Shown: positions 9,885-18,725 of the stretch, piece after piece
Numbering within the stretch: position 1 is the first letter of the stretch
Layout: each line of letters begins with the position of its first letter
Origin: a virus
Direction: 5' to 3' (one strand)
Virus record (IMG/VR): IMGVR_UViG_3300046170_000524
Length of the DNA stretch: 64,000 nt
Notes under the pieces: generated by a model
Database searches by the model: none
The model's input: the letters and a program-made list of their open reading frames with translations, nothing else
Told to the model about the DNA's origin: nothing
Translations under genes and position numbers: made by a program

Positions 9885-9914
9885 TTTCCACAAAATCATT
9901 AATCAAAACAAAAC

Positions 9915-10151
9915 ATGAATGACGAAGAAAATGTCAATCAACTTATTTTCAAAAAAATATTAAATAATAAAAATAAACCCGAACACCTTACTGAAAAAGA
10001 GTGGGATGCTATACTTAAAAAAATAGCTCACGCAATCAACAAATCATCAAAAAAAACAAAGCCAGTTTCTTTAGGTAGGAGAAAAGTTCTTGCAAAAGAA
10101 ATTAAAGAAGGCTTTGATCTACTTAGAGTGTACTATAATTACCTAGATTAA
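9915..10151 (+). CDS. hypothetical protein
   Basis: ORF tiles the region. Confidence 0.55.
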   Translation: MNDEENVNQLIFKKILNNKNKPEHLTEKEWDAILKKIAHAINKSSKKTKPVSLGRRKVLAKEIKEGFDLLRVYYNYLD

Positions 10152-10165
10152 TAAAATAAAATTCA

Positions 10166-10336
10166 ATGAACGAAGAAGAAGAAGAAGAAGAGAATGAGAT
10201 TATGTTCGAGCCCGATGACGCGCTTATTTTAGCTTTAAATGAAATTCATGACTTAAAGCAGCTAGTTGAAACGCAAGATTCCGCAATTGAAGAATTAAAG
10301 AGTCAGTTAAGTCTCCTTGCTAAGAAAATTAAGTAA
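10166..10336 (+). CDS. acidic coiled-coil hypothetical protein (not in ORF track)
   Basis: MNEEEEEENEIMFEPDD...LLAKKIK, 56 aa. Confidence 0.55.
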   Translation: MNEEEEEEENEIMFEPDDALILALNEIHDLKQLVETQDSAIEELKSQLSLLAKKIK

Positions 10337-10344
10337 ATTAACGC

Positions 10345-10373
10345 TTGACTTATAGCTACATATATGAGATAAT
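10345..10373 (+). promoter_or_regulatory. sigma70-type promoter (extended -10)
   Basis: TTGACT-17-GATAAT with TG; ATG at 10382. Confidence 0.75.
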
Positions 10374-10381
10374 ACTCGTAT

Positions 10382-10654
10382 ATGAAAAAAATCTCATTAA
10401 ACAAAGATGGTACTCCGCGCAAACGCCGTAACTCAGGCAAAAAAAGCGGTTCAGCTATTGTGTCCTTGTCAGTTAACGAGATCTTAGAGCTCGCATCACA
10501 AGAAGTTTCCTCTATTCCTGTTAGTGAAGATTGGGTTAAAGGTAGGCTTTACGCAAATTATCTTGCAAACAAAAAAGTTTCTAATGATTTCTCAGAACTT
10601 CAGTCAGTGGAAGACAAAATCGAATACGCTATAACATCTTTTGATAATGAATAA
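10382..10654 (+). CDS. hypothetical protein
   Basis: Follows promoter; overlaps ruvB start. Confidence 0.6.
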   Translation: MKKISLNKDGTPRKRRNSGKKSGSAIVSLSVNEILELASQEVSSIPVSEDWVKGRLYANYLANKKVSNDFSELQSVEDKIEYAITSFDNE

Positions 10655-11573
10655 TTATTTTTCACACTTAATCGGTCAAGAAAACGTTAAGAAAAAACTT
10701 AACTTTTACTTAAAAGCTTATCATGCCACCAGCGTATGCCCTTTCCTAAATTTAGTTGGAGCAAAAGGATTAGGTAAAACTCTTTTCGCAAAAGAATTCG
10801 CTAAAAACTTGAACAATAAAGATGGAGGTAAGAGACCTTTTTTAGAGTTAAATTGTTCAACAATTAAAAGCAATACTCAATTTTTCGAACAAATCTTTAT
10901 TCCAATCATCATGAATAATGAGATCACTATTTTATTTGATGAAGCGCATGCGTTACCTAAAGACTTGACAATGGCTTTCTTGACTATCTTTAACACAGAA
11001 AAGACAAACAAAAAAGAATTTACTTTTGAAGATCAGACTTTTGAATTTGATTTCACAAAGCAAACATTTATTTTTGCAACAACCGAAAGCGATAAATTAT
11101 TTCCGCCCTTAAAAGACAGGTTAACAACAGTTGACTTTGAAGCCTATAATGCTAATGACTTAGGAGAAATTATTAAATTAAATTGCGATGGAATTAATTT
11201 CTCTGAAGAAGCGATGGATAAGCTTTCATTAACTGTCAGAGGAAACGCTCGCAATGCAGTTATGCGCTCAAAAGAAATTGTGCTCTACTGTGAGAGCGAA
11301 AATCAAAACACTTTTGAATCAAAAGATTATGAAGCCCTTACAGATTTACTTGGCATACTCCCTCATGGAATTACTTGTACAGAAAAACAAATTCTACAAA
11401 TTCTTGAAGAAAGAGGTAGTTGCAAGTTGCAAACCTTATCCGCAATTACGGGCTTAAGCCCAACATCTCTAAGAAGAGACCATGAAATATATCTTCTGCG
11501 CAAAAACTTTATGCAAATTGATGGAGAAAGAAAGATAACTAATTCAGGCAAAAATTTAATTAAATCAATATAA
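10647..11573 (+). CDS. ruvB: RuvB-like Holliday junction branch-migration ATPase
   Basis: GQENVKKKL, Walker A GAKGLGKT, Walker B LFDEAH, ATTE, PLKDR, RGNAR, C-terminal winged helix (E.YLLR..F..I.GERKIT..G). Confidence 0.85.
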   Translation: MNNYFSHLIGQENVKKKLNFYLKAYHATSVCPFLNLVGAKGLGKTLFAKEFAKNLNNKDGGKRPFLELNCSTIKSNTQFFEQIFIPIIMNNEITILFDEAHALPKDLTMAFLTIFNTEKTNKKEFTFEDQTFEFDFTKQTFIFATTESDKLFPPLKDRLTTVDFEAYNANDLGEIIKLNCDGINFSEEAMDKLSLTVRGNARNAVMRSKEIVLYCESENQNTFESKDYEALTDLLGILPHGITCTEKQILQILEERGSCKLQTLSAITGLSPTSLRRDHEIYLLRKNFMQIDGERKITNSGKNLIKSI

Positions 11574-11576
11574 TAT

Positions 11577-11771
11577 ATGACAACAGAAACAAAAAGTAAA
11601 GTATATGTAGTAACTAGAAATTCAAGAAGAATTGAAGAAAGAAATTACTCTTCAAAAGAAGATGCGGAGGCTAGAGCTCAAAAATTAGTTAATGTGTTAA
11701 AAACATGGAGAGACCCCGATCTAAAAAAAGTCAAAGTGGTGCATACAGATAAACCTCAAAAAATCAGATAG
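11577..11771 (+). CDS. hypothetical protein
   Basis: ORF in operon. Confidence 0.55.
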   Translation: MTTETKSKVYVVTRNSRRIEERNYSSKEDAEARAQKLVNVLKTWRDPDLKKVKVVHTDKPQKIR

Positions 11772-12277
11772 TGCTAGAAGATAAGCCAAAGTTTAAAAAT
11801 TTATTTGAAGAACTAGCTTTCAATCGGGGTTATACCCCTAGAAAAAGAAATAGTTCTGACAAAAACTGCAAAAATGTATCTCACATCTTGACAGGAAAAG
11901 GGTCAGAAGGAAAACCCATCAAAATTAAAGTTGATGTCAAAAAAATTAAAAATAAAAAACAAGACCAAAATTGGCTTTGGATTGAATTCAAAAATGCTAG
12001 TGGTAGGAACGGATGGATTCATGGAGATGCACACTTTATCGTTTTTGAGCGCAAAGAAGATTTTATTTTTGTTAACCGCAAAGAACTCTCGTCTTGGATA
12101 AGCTCTTCTAATAAAATTAGATACGATTTGCCATTTGTAACATTAGCGAAAAAAGCAAAGTACAGAATATACAAAAGAGCTGGAGAAAAAGACGAGATAA
12201 CTCAGATTAAAGTTGATGACATAAAAGATTTAAAGTCATTCCAGATATGGAAAAAGCCCGATGGCAAATCAACCTGA
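11771..12277 (+). CDS. conserved phage protein, possible PD-(D/E)XK nuclease
   Basis: KVDVKKIK...WLWIEFKN...GWIHG pattern. Confidence 0.45.
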   Translation: MLEDKPKFKNLFEELAFNRGYTPRKRNSSDKNCKNVSHILTGKGSEGKPIKIKVDVKKIKNKKQDQNWLWIEFKNASGRNGWIHGDAHFIVFERKEDFIFVNRKELSSWISSSNKIRYDLPFVTLAKKAKYRIYKRAGEKDEITQIKVDDIKDLKSFQIWKKPDGKST

Positions 12278-12689
12278 ACTAGATAAAACTTATATAAAAA
12301 TGGCGAGACAGTGGAGCTCTTTATCTAAAGCTAAGAGGCTCCAAGTTGGATGTTTAATTGTTAAAGACGGATCAATTATATCCGATGGATATAATGGCAC
12401 ACCAAAAGGTTTCAATAACCAATGTGAAGATATAGACTATTTTAATCAACTTGTAACTCGCAAGGAAGTTTTGCATGCAGAAAGTAATGCAATTACCAAA
12501 TTAGCAAAGTCTACACAATCTAGTTCTGGAGCAACAATGTATGTCACAACCTCACCTTGCATTGAATGCGCCAAGCTTATTATTCAATCAGACATCATTA
12601 GAGTTGTATATTCAGATTTTTATCGCAGTAATGCAGGTATAAATCTTCTAAAAAAAGCGGGAATAAAAGTAGAACAGCTACAAATTTAA
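12261..12689 (+). CDS. dCMP deaminase
   Basis: GYNGTPKG, HAESNAI, SPCIECAK zinc-binding motifs. Confidence 0.92.
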   Translation: MANQPELDKTYIKMARQWSSLSKAKRLQVGCLIVKDGSIISDGYNGTPKGFNNQCEDIDYFNQLVTRKEVLHAESNAITKLAKSTQSSSGATMYVTTSPCIECAKLIIQSDIIRVVYSDFYRSNAGINLLKKAGIKVEQLQI

Positions 12690-12702
12690 ATTATCATCTT
12701 AA

Positions 12703-13266
12703 ATGATAGAAGGTATCTCAATTATAATAATTTTGTTTTTGTGTTATTTTGTATATAAATACAAACCGCAAGACGACTCCGAACTAGATGATCTAAGAAA
12801 TGAAAATGAATTTTTAAAATTAAAATTAAATGAATTCAACACAGAATCAAAAGGCAGAGAAGATAGTTTAACAAAAATTATTAATGAATTACAGTCATCT
12901 ATTCCAAAAGATAGAGAGGATTTTGAGAAGAGGAACAACATTCAGTCGCAGCAGATAAAAGAACTTCAGGAGAAGCTCGATAGCGAGACTGAGGCTCGTA
13001 AGAAAGTTCTTTCGCAGAAGAAGAGTGGGGAGGTCAGGCTTGGGCATATAGCGGAGACCCTAGCTCCCTTCTTGGATCAATTTGAATTTGATCCAGAGAG
13101 ATGTTCTTTTATGGGTAAACCGATTGACTATATATCATTCGGAGATGATGAGATAACTTTTATAGAAGTAAAAAGCGGTAACGCACAATTAAATCAAAGA
13201 CAAAGACAAATTAAACAATTAGTAAAACAAAAAGCAATATCATGGAAAGAAGTAAGGATAAAATGA
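12703..13266 (+). CDS. endonuclease related to archaeal Holliday junction resolvase, with N-terminal TM helix and coiled coil
   Basis: GHIAETLAPF...FMGKPIDYISF...FIEVKSG..QL...Q.QIK. Confidence 0.75.
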   Translation: MIEGISIIIILFLCYFVYKYKPQDDSELDDLRNENEFLKLKLNEFNTESKGREDSLTKIINELQSSIPKDREDFEKRNNIQSQQIKELQEKLDSETEARKKVLSQKKSGEVRLGHIAETLAPFLDQFEFDPERCSFMGKPIDYISFGDDEITFIEVKSGNAQLNQRQRQIKQLVKQKAISWKEVRIK

Positions 13267-14039
13267 GTTTTAATTTATTAAGATTTCTCAAAGAACTTAA
13301 GGGTAAAAAAATTATCTACACGCCAAATCCAGGGAATGCGGGAGATAGCTTAATTGCTTCGAGCACTTTAGATATATTCAAAAAGATTAATTTAGACTTC
13401 GAAATCCAAAACCCTAAAAACAAATTTAACAAAAAAACAATTATCTATGGAGGAGGAGGGAATCTAATAGATAAATATGATAATTTAAGAAATTTTTTAT
13501 GGAAAAATCTTAAAGATAATCGAATAATTGTTTTGCCCCACACATTTAGTCACTGCGACAAATTATTAAATCGCATAGGTAGTAATGTAACATTAATCGC
13601 AAGAGAAAGAGTTTCATTCGATTACATCAAAACGCATATGCTATACCCCGAGAACGCTTTACTTTCAGATGACATGGCATTCCACCTTGATAATTTAGAC
13701 TTCTACATAAATGAACCTAATGCAGGCATATGCAATGCCTTTAGGCTAGATAAGGAAAAGACAAGTGTTGATATACCTGACAACAATAAGGATGTATCAG
13801 CGGATTTTATTTTTAAACAGAATACTTTAAATGAAAGTCATATAAAAATTTCTGCAGATAATTTACTTCGCTATCTATCTAAATTCGAGGAGATTAATAC
13901 AAATCGACTACATGTAGGTATAGCTGGCTCACTTCTAGGAAGAAAAGTTAATCTCTTCCCTAATTCATATTATAAAAACGAAGCGGTCTTCTCTTTCTCA
14001 ATTAAAAATAAGTATAAAAATACATCATTTATGAATTAA
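13263..14039 (+). CDS. polysaccharide pyruvyl transferase family protein
   Basis: NPGNAGDSLI, YGGGGNL, LPHT, ARERVSF, DDMAF, TNRLHVGIAGSLLG. Confidence 0.8.
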   Translation: MSFNLLRFLKELKGKKIIYTPNPGNAGDSLIASSTLDIFKKINLDFEIQNPKNKFNKKTIIYGGGGNLIDKYDNLRNFLWKNLKDNRIIVLPHTFSHCDKLLNRIGSNVTLIARERVSFDYIKTHMLYPENALLSDDMAFHLDNLDFYINEPNAGICNAFRLDKEKTSVDIPDNNKDVSADFIFKQNTLNESHIKISADNLLRYLSKFEEINTNRLHVGIAGSLLGRKVNLFPNSYYKNEAVFSFSIKNKYKNTSFMN

Positions 14040-14043
14040 TGCA

Positions 14044-14463
14044 ATGAAACTCAAAATCAAAAAATTAAACGAACGCGCAGAAATTCCTTTTTATGCGAAG
14101 GATGGAGATGCAGGAATGGATTTAGTTGCAACTACTCTTGTTCGAACAAGTAAGTTTTTCGAATACGGAACAGATTTAGCGATGGAGATTCCTAAAGGTT
14201 ATGTTGGTTTGCTCTTCCCAAGATCAAGTATTTCAAAAACAGATCATTTTTTGCGCAACTCTGTTGGAGTTATAGACTCTGGATATCGCGGAGAAATTAA
14301 ACTGCGTATGAGCATTCCTGCTTTAGGTGAAACTGAATATTTAATAGGAGACAAAGTTGGTCAATTAATTCTAATGAAACTTCCTTGGGTTGAAATAGAA
14401 GAAGTTGAAGAGCTTTCTAATACTGATCGTGGAGAAGGTGGATTCGGAAGTACAGGAACTTAA
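14044..14463 (+). CDS. dut: trimeric dUTPase
   Basis: AGMDL, PRSSI, GVIDSGYRGEI, RGEGGFGSTG. Confidence 0.95.
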   Translation: MKLKIKKLNERAEIPFYAKDGDAGMDLVATTLVRTSKFFEYGTDLAMEIPKGYVGLLFPRSSISKTDHFLRNSVGVIDSGYRGEIKLRMSIPALGETEYLIGDKVGQLILMKLPWVEIEEVEELSNTDRGEGGFGSTGT

Positions 14464-14472
14464 AATTAAGCC

Positions 14473-14501
14473 TTGACATAAAACCGAATATATGAGATAA
14501 T
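14473..14501 (+). promoter_or_regulatory. sigma70-type promoter, leaderless
   Basis: TTGACA-17-GATAAT; ATG at 14508. Confidence 0.8.
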
Positions 14502-14507
14502 ACTAGC

Positions 14508-14756
14508 ATGTTCAATATTAAATCAAAGTTAAAAAACAAAGTTATGAAAAATCAAGATCAACGTTATTTCGTAGTATATAAAAATGCAGAAGATGAGGTC
14601 AAGACTTATGAAATTGGCCGCCCTCAATTAACAGAATCCTTTGGAAACAAAGAAGAAGAGAGAAACAATATTGGATTCAAAGCTTACTGCTTTGGTCGTC
14701 AAGAAGTTCGTTCATTTCGTCATGATAGAATCGTTTCCCTTGCTCGCGCATCGTGA
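14508..14756 (+). CDS. small WYL-like domain protein
   Basis: VVYKN...AYCFGRQEVRSFRHDRI matches the WYL C-terminal R.FR.DRI pattern. Confidence 0.6.
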   Translation: MFNIKSKLKNKVMKNQDQRYFVVYKNAEDEVKTYEIGRPQLTESFGNKEEERNNIGFKAYCFGRQEVRSFRHDRIVSLARAS

Positions 14757-14959
14757 GAGGGGCAATGGTAGACTATTCTCTTAACAAGTTTTGTCCATTA
14801 TTGATCATAGGGTTTTTGCTTTTTTATAACTTCGGTTATTTAAAGTTTGAACCTTATATCATTTTGGGCTTGATTTGTTTTATAGAGAAATTTAATTTTA
14901 ATGTAGGATACTCAGTAGCTTACTGCGAATGCCATGGAATAAACTTAAGAGGTGAATAA
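14753..14959 (+). CDS. small membrane protein
   Basis: Hydrophobic; tiles the operon. Confidence 0.45.
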   Translation: MRGAMVDYSLNKFCPLLIIGFLLFYNFGYLKFEPYIILGLICFIEKFNFNVGYSVAYCECHGINLRGE

Positions 14960-15125
14960 AGAAGAGAGAGATAAACTTTATTTTGAGGTATATACGCTAT
15001 GGTATCACGAAAAAGATAAGTCAAAAAAACAAACCTTTAGAAAAGTTCTAGATTTAATTGAGTTCACACAAAAAGCAAGAACGCAGTTAAAAGCAGTAGA
15101 AACCTTATTTCAAGAAATAGTTTGA
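14952..15125 (+). CDS. hypothetical protein (not in ORF track)
   Basis: GTG start, 57 aa, overlaps both neighbours. Confidence 0.5.
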   Translation: MNKEERDKLYFEVYTLWYHEKDKSKKQTFRKVLDLIEFTQKARTQLKAVETLFQEIV

Positions 15126-15295
15126 AATTATCAGATCAAGATAAATTCTTTTTTTTAAAATGCGCAGAGGAGCTAGCTGAGCTTTCTGTCGAATTATTAC
15201 AGGCAGTCAATAAACCCAGAAAAAACAATCATAAAAAAATTCTACTTGAGATACAAGATGTAGAAAAGTATTTTAAAGAAATTAAAAACCTATGA
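15122..15295 (+). CDS. tiny MazG-like helical protein (not in ORF track)
   Basis: KCAEELAEL...EIQDV resembles the EExxE/ExxD motif of MazG-like NTP pyrophosphatases. Confidence 0.4.
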   Translation: MKLSDQDKFFFLKCAEELAELSVELLQAVNKPRKNNHKKILLEIQDVEKYFKEIKNL

Positions 15296-15951
15296 AAATA
15301 ATTTTTTGTCTACCCGGAAGAGAATTCACTAATAACTTTTTAGTTAGTTGGACAGATTTAATCACAGAGCTCCCAAATCACGGCATACAATGGGGCCTCT
15401 CTCAAAAGTATAGCGTAAATAGATACTTTGTCTGCAATTCGTGTTTAGGTGGGGATAGCTTGGAAGGTAAAAATCAAAAACCATTTCAAGGAAAGTTGGA
15501 CTATGACTATATAATGTGGATAGACAGCGATCAAGTTTTTCGTCCAGATAATTTTTTTAATTTGTTAAGAAGAGCTCAAGACACGAAAGTCGATATTTTA
15601 TCAGGCTTATATTTTATGCAGGGCGGAACTTATTTTGCTACAGTAGAAAACTGGGATTTAGACTTTTTTAAGAAAAATGGGCACTTTCAATTTTTAACGC
15701 CAAAAGATATCGAAGGTCGCAAAAATATATTTCCAGTTTCATATACAGGATTTGGATGGCTTCTAGTCAAAAAAGGAGTTTTTGAATCTTTAGACTATCC
15801 TTGGGTGCAACCAACCTGGCTTGAAATCGGAGATGTAAAAGAAATGACTACAACTGATTGCGCTTTTATGCATCGTGCAGCAGATAAAGGTTTCAAAACA
15901 TACATTGATCCAACTATTATTGTTGGCCACGAAAAAATGATGATACTGTAA
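15292..15951 (+). CDS. GT-A fold glycosyltransferase (GT2-like)
   Basis: YDYIMWIDSDQVF, DILSGLY, YTGFGWLLVKK.VFE, PTIIVGHEK. Confidence 0.75.
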   Translation: MKIIFCLPGREFTNNFLVSWTDLITELPNHGIQWGLSQKYSVNRYFVCNSCLGGDSLEGKNQKPFQGKLDYDYIMWIDSDQVFRPDNFFNLLRRAQDTKVDILSGLYFMQGGTYFATVENWDLDFFKKNGHFQFLTPKDIEGRKNIFPVSYTGFGWLLVKKGVFESLDYPWVQPTWLEIGDVKEMTTTDCAFMHRAADKGFKTYIDPTIIVGHEKMMIL

Positions 15952-15993
15952 TACCAAACACCCTAAGAATAATTTTTTTAACAAAAACGATTG

Positions 15994-16902
15994 CTACTTA
16001 AATATTTTTTTAGACAACCAAGCTAGAATTGAAGTGACGGCCATTCCTATTATTCTAAAAATAGATTTATTTTTCTTAGGCTCTATTTTTTTATTCGGGT
16101 CTACGGGTAAGGAATCAGATTTAGTTTTTAAATAGATTGGGCCTAGAGCATTAATTAGTATTTTTTCATACAAAGAGCTTTCCAAGTAAAAAAAACCTCT
16201 TTTACCAAACCATTTACCCCAACTGTTTTGAAACTCCCAATATAAATCGCCGTCAATTATTTTCCAGCCGGTCATAGCTATAGCGTGACCTCCAATCGGT
16301 TTAGATTTTAAGTATTTTTCTGAGTTAACAATTCCATTTGATGGGGTGTAGTATAAAGCTTCGTGCACATTAATAGATGTCCATAAAGATTCTTGAAGTA
16401 AAGCCTTTTTAATTAAATTATGATTACTTTTCAAAACAACATGATAAGACTCAATTTTATACTTAGAAGCATTCTGCTGTGCCCCCTCTATCATCTGAGT
16501 GTCTTCGTTATCTCTGTATGGCCAATATTCTTCTTCGCAGCAACCCTCGACAACCAAGCCCCTACATGCGCCTTTTATTGTTGTTCCTGAGTAATCTTCT
16601 CCGGGAAACGGGTCATTTTCCTTACCTTTTTTATATATCCACATAGCGCTTGGCTCTTTACCTTTAAATTCTGGAGTATCTCCATAAACCACCCTACCGC
16701 TGTGACCAACGCAAGACCCTATCTTACCTTGATTCTTAACTGATGGGGTTAAGTTTTTTCTGCTAAACTCTTTATTAGAGACTGATTGATTGCCGACAAG
16801 CATATCTTCGCTAAACAACCAATCCCTTTCGTCTACAGGAGTTTCGGGGACATTTAAGACTTTATTTTTGTATAAATTTTTTTTAATTATTTTTCCAATC
16901 AT
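15994..16902 (-). CDS. papain-like cysteine peptidase (C1)
   Basis: NQGKIGSCVG (catalytic Q/C), GGHAIAMTGW (H), QNSWG (N). Start 16902 fits the GTGTA motif spacing. Confidence 0.88.
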   Translation of the reverse strand: MIGKIIKKNLYKNKVLNVPETPVDERDWLFSEDMLVGNQSVSNKEFSRKNLTPSVKNQGKIGSCVGHSGRVVYGDTPEFKGKEPSAMWIYKKGKENDPFPGEDYSGTTIKGACRGLVVEGCCEEEYWPYRDNEDTQMIEGAQQNASKYKIESYHVVLKSNHNLIKKALLQESLWTSINVHEALYYTPSNGIVNSEKYLKSKPIGGHAIAMTGWKIIDGDLYWEFQNSWGKWFGKRGFFYLESSLYEKILINALGPIYLKTKSDSLPVDPNKKIEPKKNKSIFRIIGMAVTSILAWLSKKIFK

Positions 16903-16907
16903 ATAAG

Positions 16908-16932
16908 TTGTTACACATCTATAGTGTATATA
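16908..16932. promoter_or_regulatory. back-to-back GTGTA motifs (candidate late promoters)
   Basis: GTGTAACAA on minus (first G 16916, ATG 16902) and GTGTATATA on plus (16924, ATG 16939). Confidence 0.6.
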
Positions 16933-16938
16933 TATTAT

Positions 16939-17169
16939 ATGCGTTTTTTGTTTTGCTTTCTTTTTACTATAGGCTGCTCTCATAAAAAAGAGCCTATGCC
17001 GAGAGACACACTATTTTTAGATAAAAATAGAGATTGGTATCATTTATACGAGCAAGAGCTAAAAACTGCAATATATAATAAAGATGATGCAGCATTTTAC
17101 TTCTTTTGGCCAGAATACCTTAAAGAGATAGAAAAAAGAAAGCTTAATAGTGTAAGTCAAAAACAATGA
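16939..17169 (+). CDS. small predicted lipoprotein
   Basis: MRFLFCFLFTIG-C lipobox-like signal; paralog at 33677. Confidence 0.55.
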   Translation: MRFLFCFLFTIGCSHKKEPMPRDTLFLDKNRDWYHLYEQELKTAIYNKDDAAFYFFWPEYLKEIEKRKLNSVSQKQ

Positions 17170-18725
17170 ATTTTAAAATATTTTTTATTTGTCACGAAGA
17201 ATCTAATTCGTATAAAGATGCGTTTAATTTATTTGATTTGCTACCAGATGAGATTAAAAATTCTTTAGAAGAAGTAGAACTAATTGACACTCTTAATGTA
17301 GTTGATTTAACTCATAATTCATTGCAGAATATTACCCCAATAAGCAAAGAACAATCTATTTCTTTTTCAACAAATCCTCAACTTATTGGATTATGTCAAA
17401 CCCACATAAATATATGGCGCAAAGTCGCAGAGCAAGAGCTTGATTTTTGCTTTGTTATTGAAGATAATGTCAATTTTTCCGACTTCTTAACGCTTTTACT
17501 TTCCAATCCAGATATTCCAGAAAAATTAGATTTTGTAAATTTCACTTCAACAGATTTCTTATCCTCCGCTTGCTATTACATTTCAAATCGAGGTGCAAAA
17601 AAACTCATATCAATTCATGAAGACCCAAAATTACTTAATTTGGACATTTTTTACGAAAATAATTTTACTAAAAATTCAATTAAATGTGAGCATCTTAAAT
17701 TTATAGAATATTGTACTCTTGAAAAAGTAGGCTTCCATTATAGAATAAATTTCATCAACAAAGATCTGATAAGATATCACCCAAAAAATTATAAAAAAAT
17801 AGAAGATAATTTTGAATTTTGGAAAAAAGACTTAAGCATTACCTCTTGCATCTGTACTTATGGCAATTATGAATCCTGCAGAGAAACTCTTTTATCATTA
17901 ATACAACAAACTATATCAGATGATAAAAATAAAATTTTTATTATAGATAATTTTCCCATAAATCAAATCGATGGTGAGAGATTAGAGCATTTTAAAAAGT
18001 TAAAGTCTCTTTGCGATTTATATGATCACTGCGAGTATATTCACACCCCAACATCTGGGTTGTCCGAGTCTCGTAATATAGCTATAGATAAATGCACAAC
18101 TGACTTAATTTTTTACATAGACGATGATGCGATAGCAAATTTTGACTTACTTGAGAATTTTAAATCTAAATTTTTAAAATTCCAGAATCTTGCGGTTTGT
18201 GGTGGAAAAGTTGTCCCCAAGTGGATCAGCGAAAGACCTGACTGGCTAAACGATAATTTACTTAAGTTTTTATCAATACAAAATTCCGATTCAAAAAATG
18301 TCATTCTTACGGAAGAATCTGAGGAATATATAGTCGGAACAAATATGTGCTTTCGCACCTCTATTCTCAAAAAATCTGGAGGGTTTAATGTCGCATTAGG
18401 AAGGCGAGGTCAAATTTTAATGAGCGGAGAAGAAGATGAATTATTTTCTAGACTAAAACAAAATTATACATGTGTTTACAGCTCAGATTGCTTGGTTTAC
18501 CATAAAATATTTCCAGCAAGACTTGAAGAACATTGGTTTATAAAACGATGTGCTTGGCAATTAATTTCTAACAAATTTATCTTAGGACAAAAACACTCCT
18601 ACCCAGAAGAGTTAGAGATTTTTCTCAACCAAAACAAAGATAAACTATTTGCAAAAAATCTAGATTCTAAAAGTTTTTCAGATAAATTAAGCTATATTCA
18701 ATTACTGTTAGAATATCTTTTATAA
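17166..18725 (+). CDS. two-domain glycosyltransferase (GT25-like plus GT2)
   Basis: GLCQTHINIW...VIEDN (GT25); CICTYG, IIDNF, GLSESRN, FYIDDD, VGTNMCFR, GEEDEL (GT2). Confidence 0.85.
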   Translation: MNFKIFFICHEESNSYKDAFNLFDLLPDEIKNSLEEVELIDTLNVVDLTHNSLQNITPISKEQSISFSTNPQLIGLCQTHINIWRKVAEQELDFCFVIEDNVNFSDFLTLLLSNPDIPEKLDFVNFTSTDFLSSACYYISNRGAKKLISIHEDPKLLNLDIFYENNFTKNSIKCEHLKFIEYCTLEKVGFHYRINFINKDLIRYHPKNYKKIEDNFEFWKKDLSITSCICTYGNYESCRETLLSLIQQTISDDKNKIFIIDNFPINQIDGERLEHFKKLKSLCDLYDHCEYIHTPTSGLSESRNIAIDKCTTDLIFYIDDDAIANFDLLENFKSKFLKFQNLAVCGGKVVPKWISERPDWLNDNLLKFLSIQNSDSKNVILTEESEEYIVGTNMCFRTSILKKSGGFNVALGRRGQILMSGEEDELFSRLKQNYTCVYSSDCLVYHKIFPARLEEHWFIKRCAWQLISNKFILGQKHSYPEELEIFLNQNKDKLFAKNLDSKSFSDKLSYIQLLLEYLL

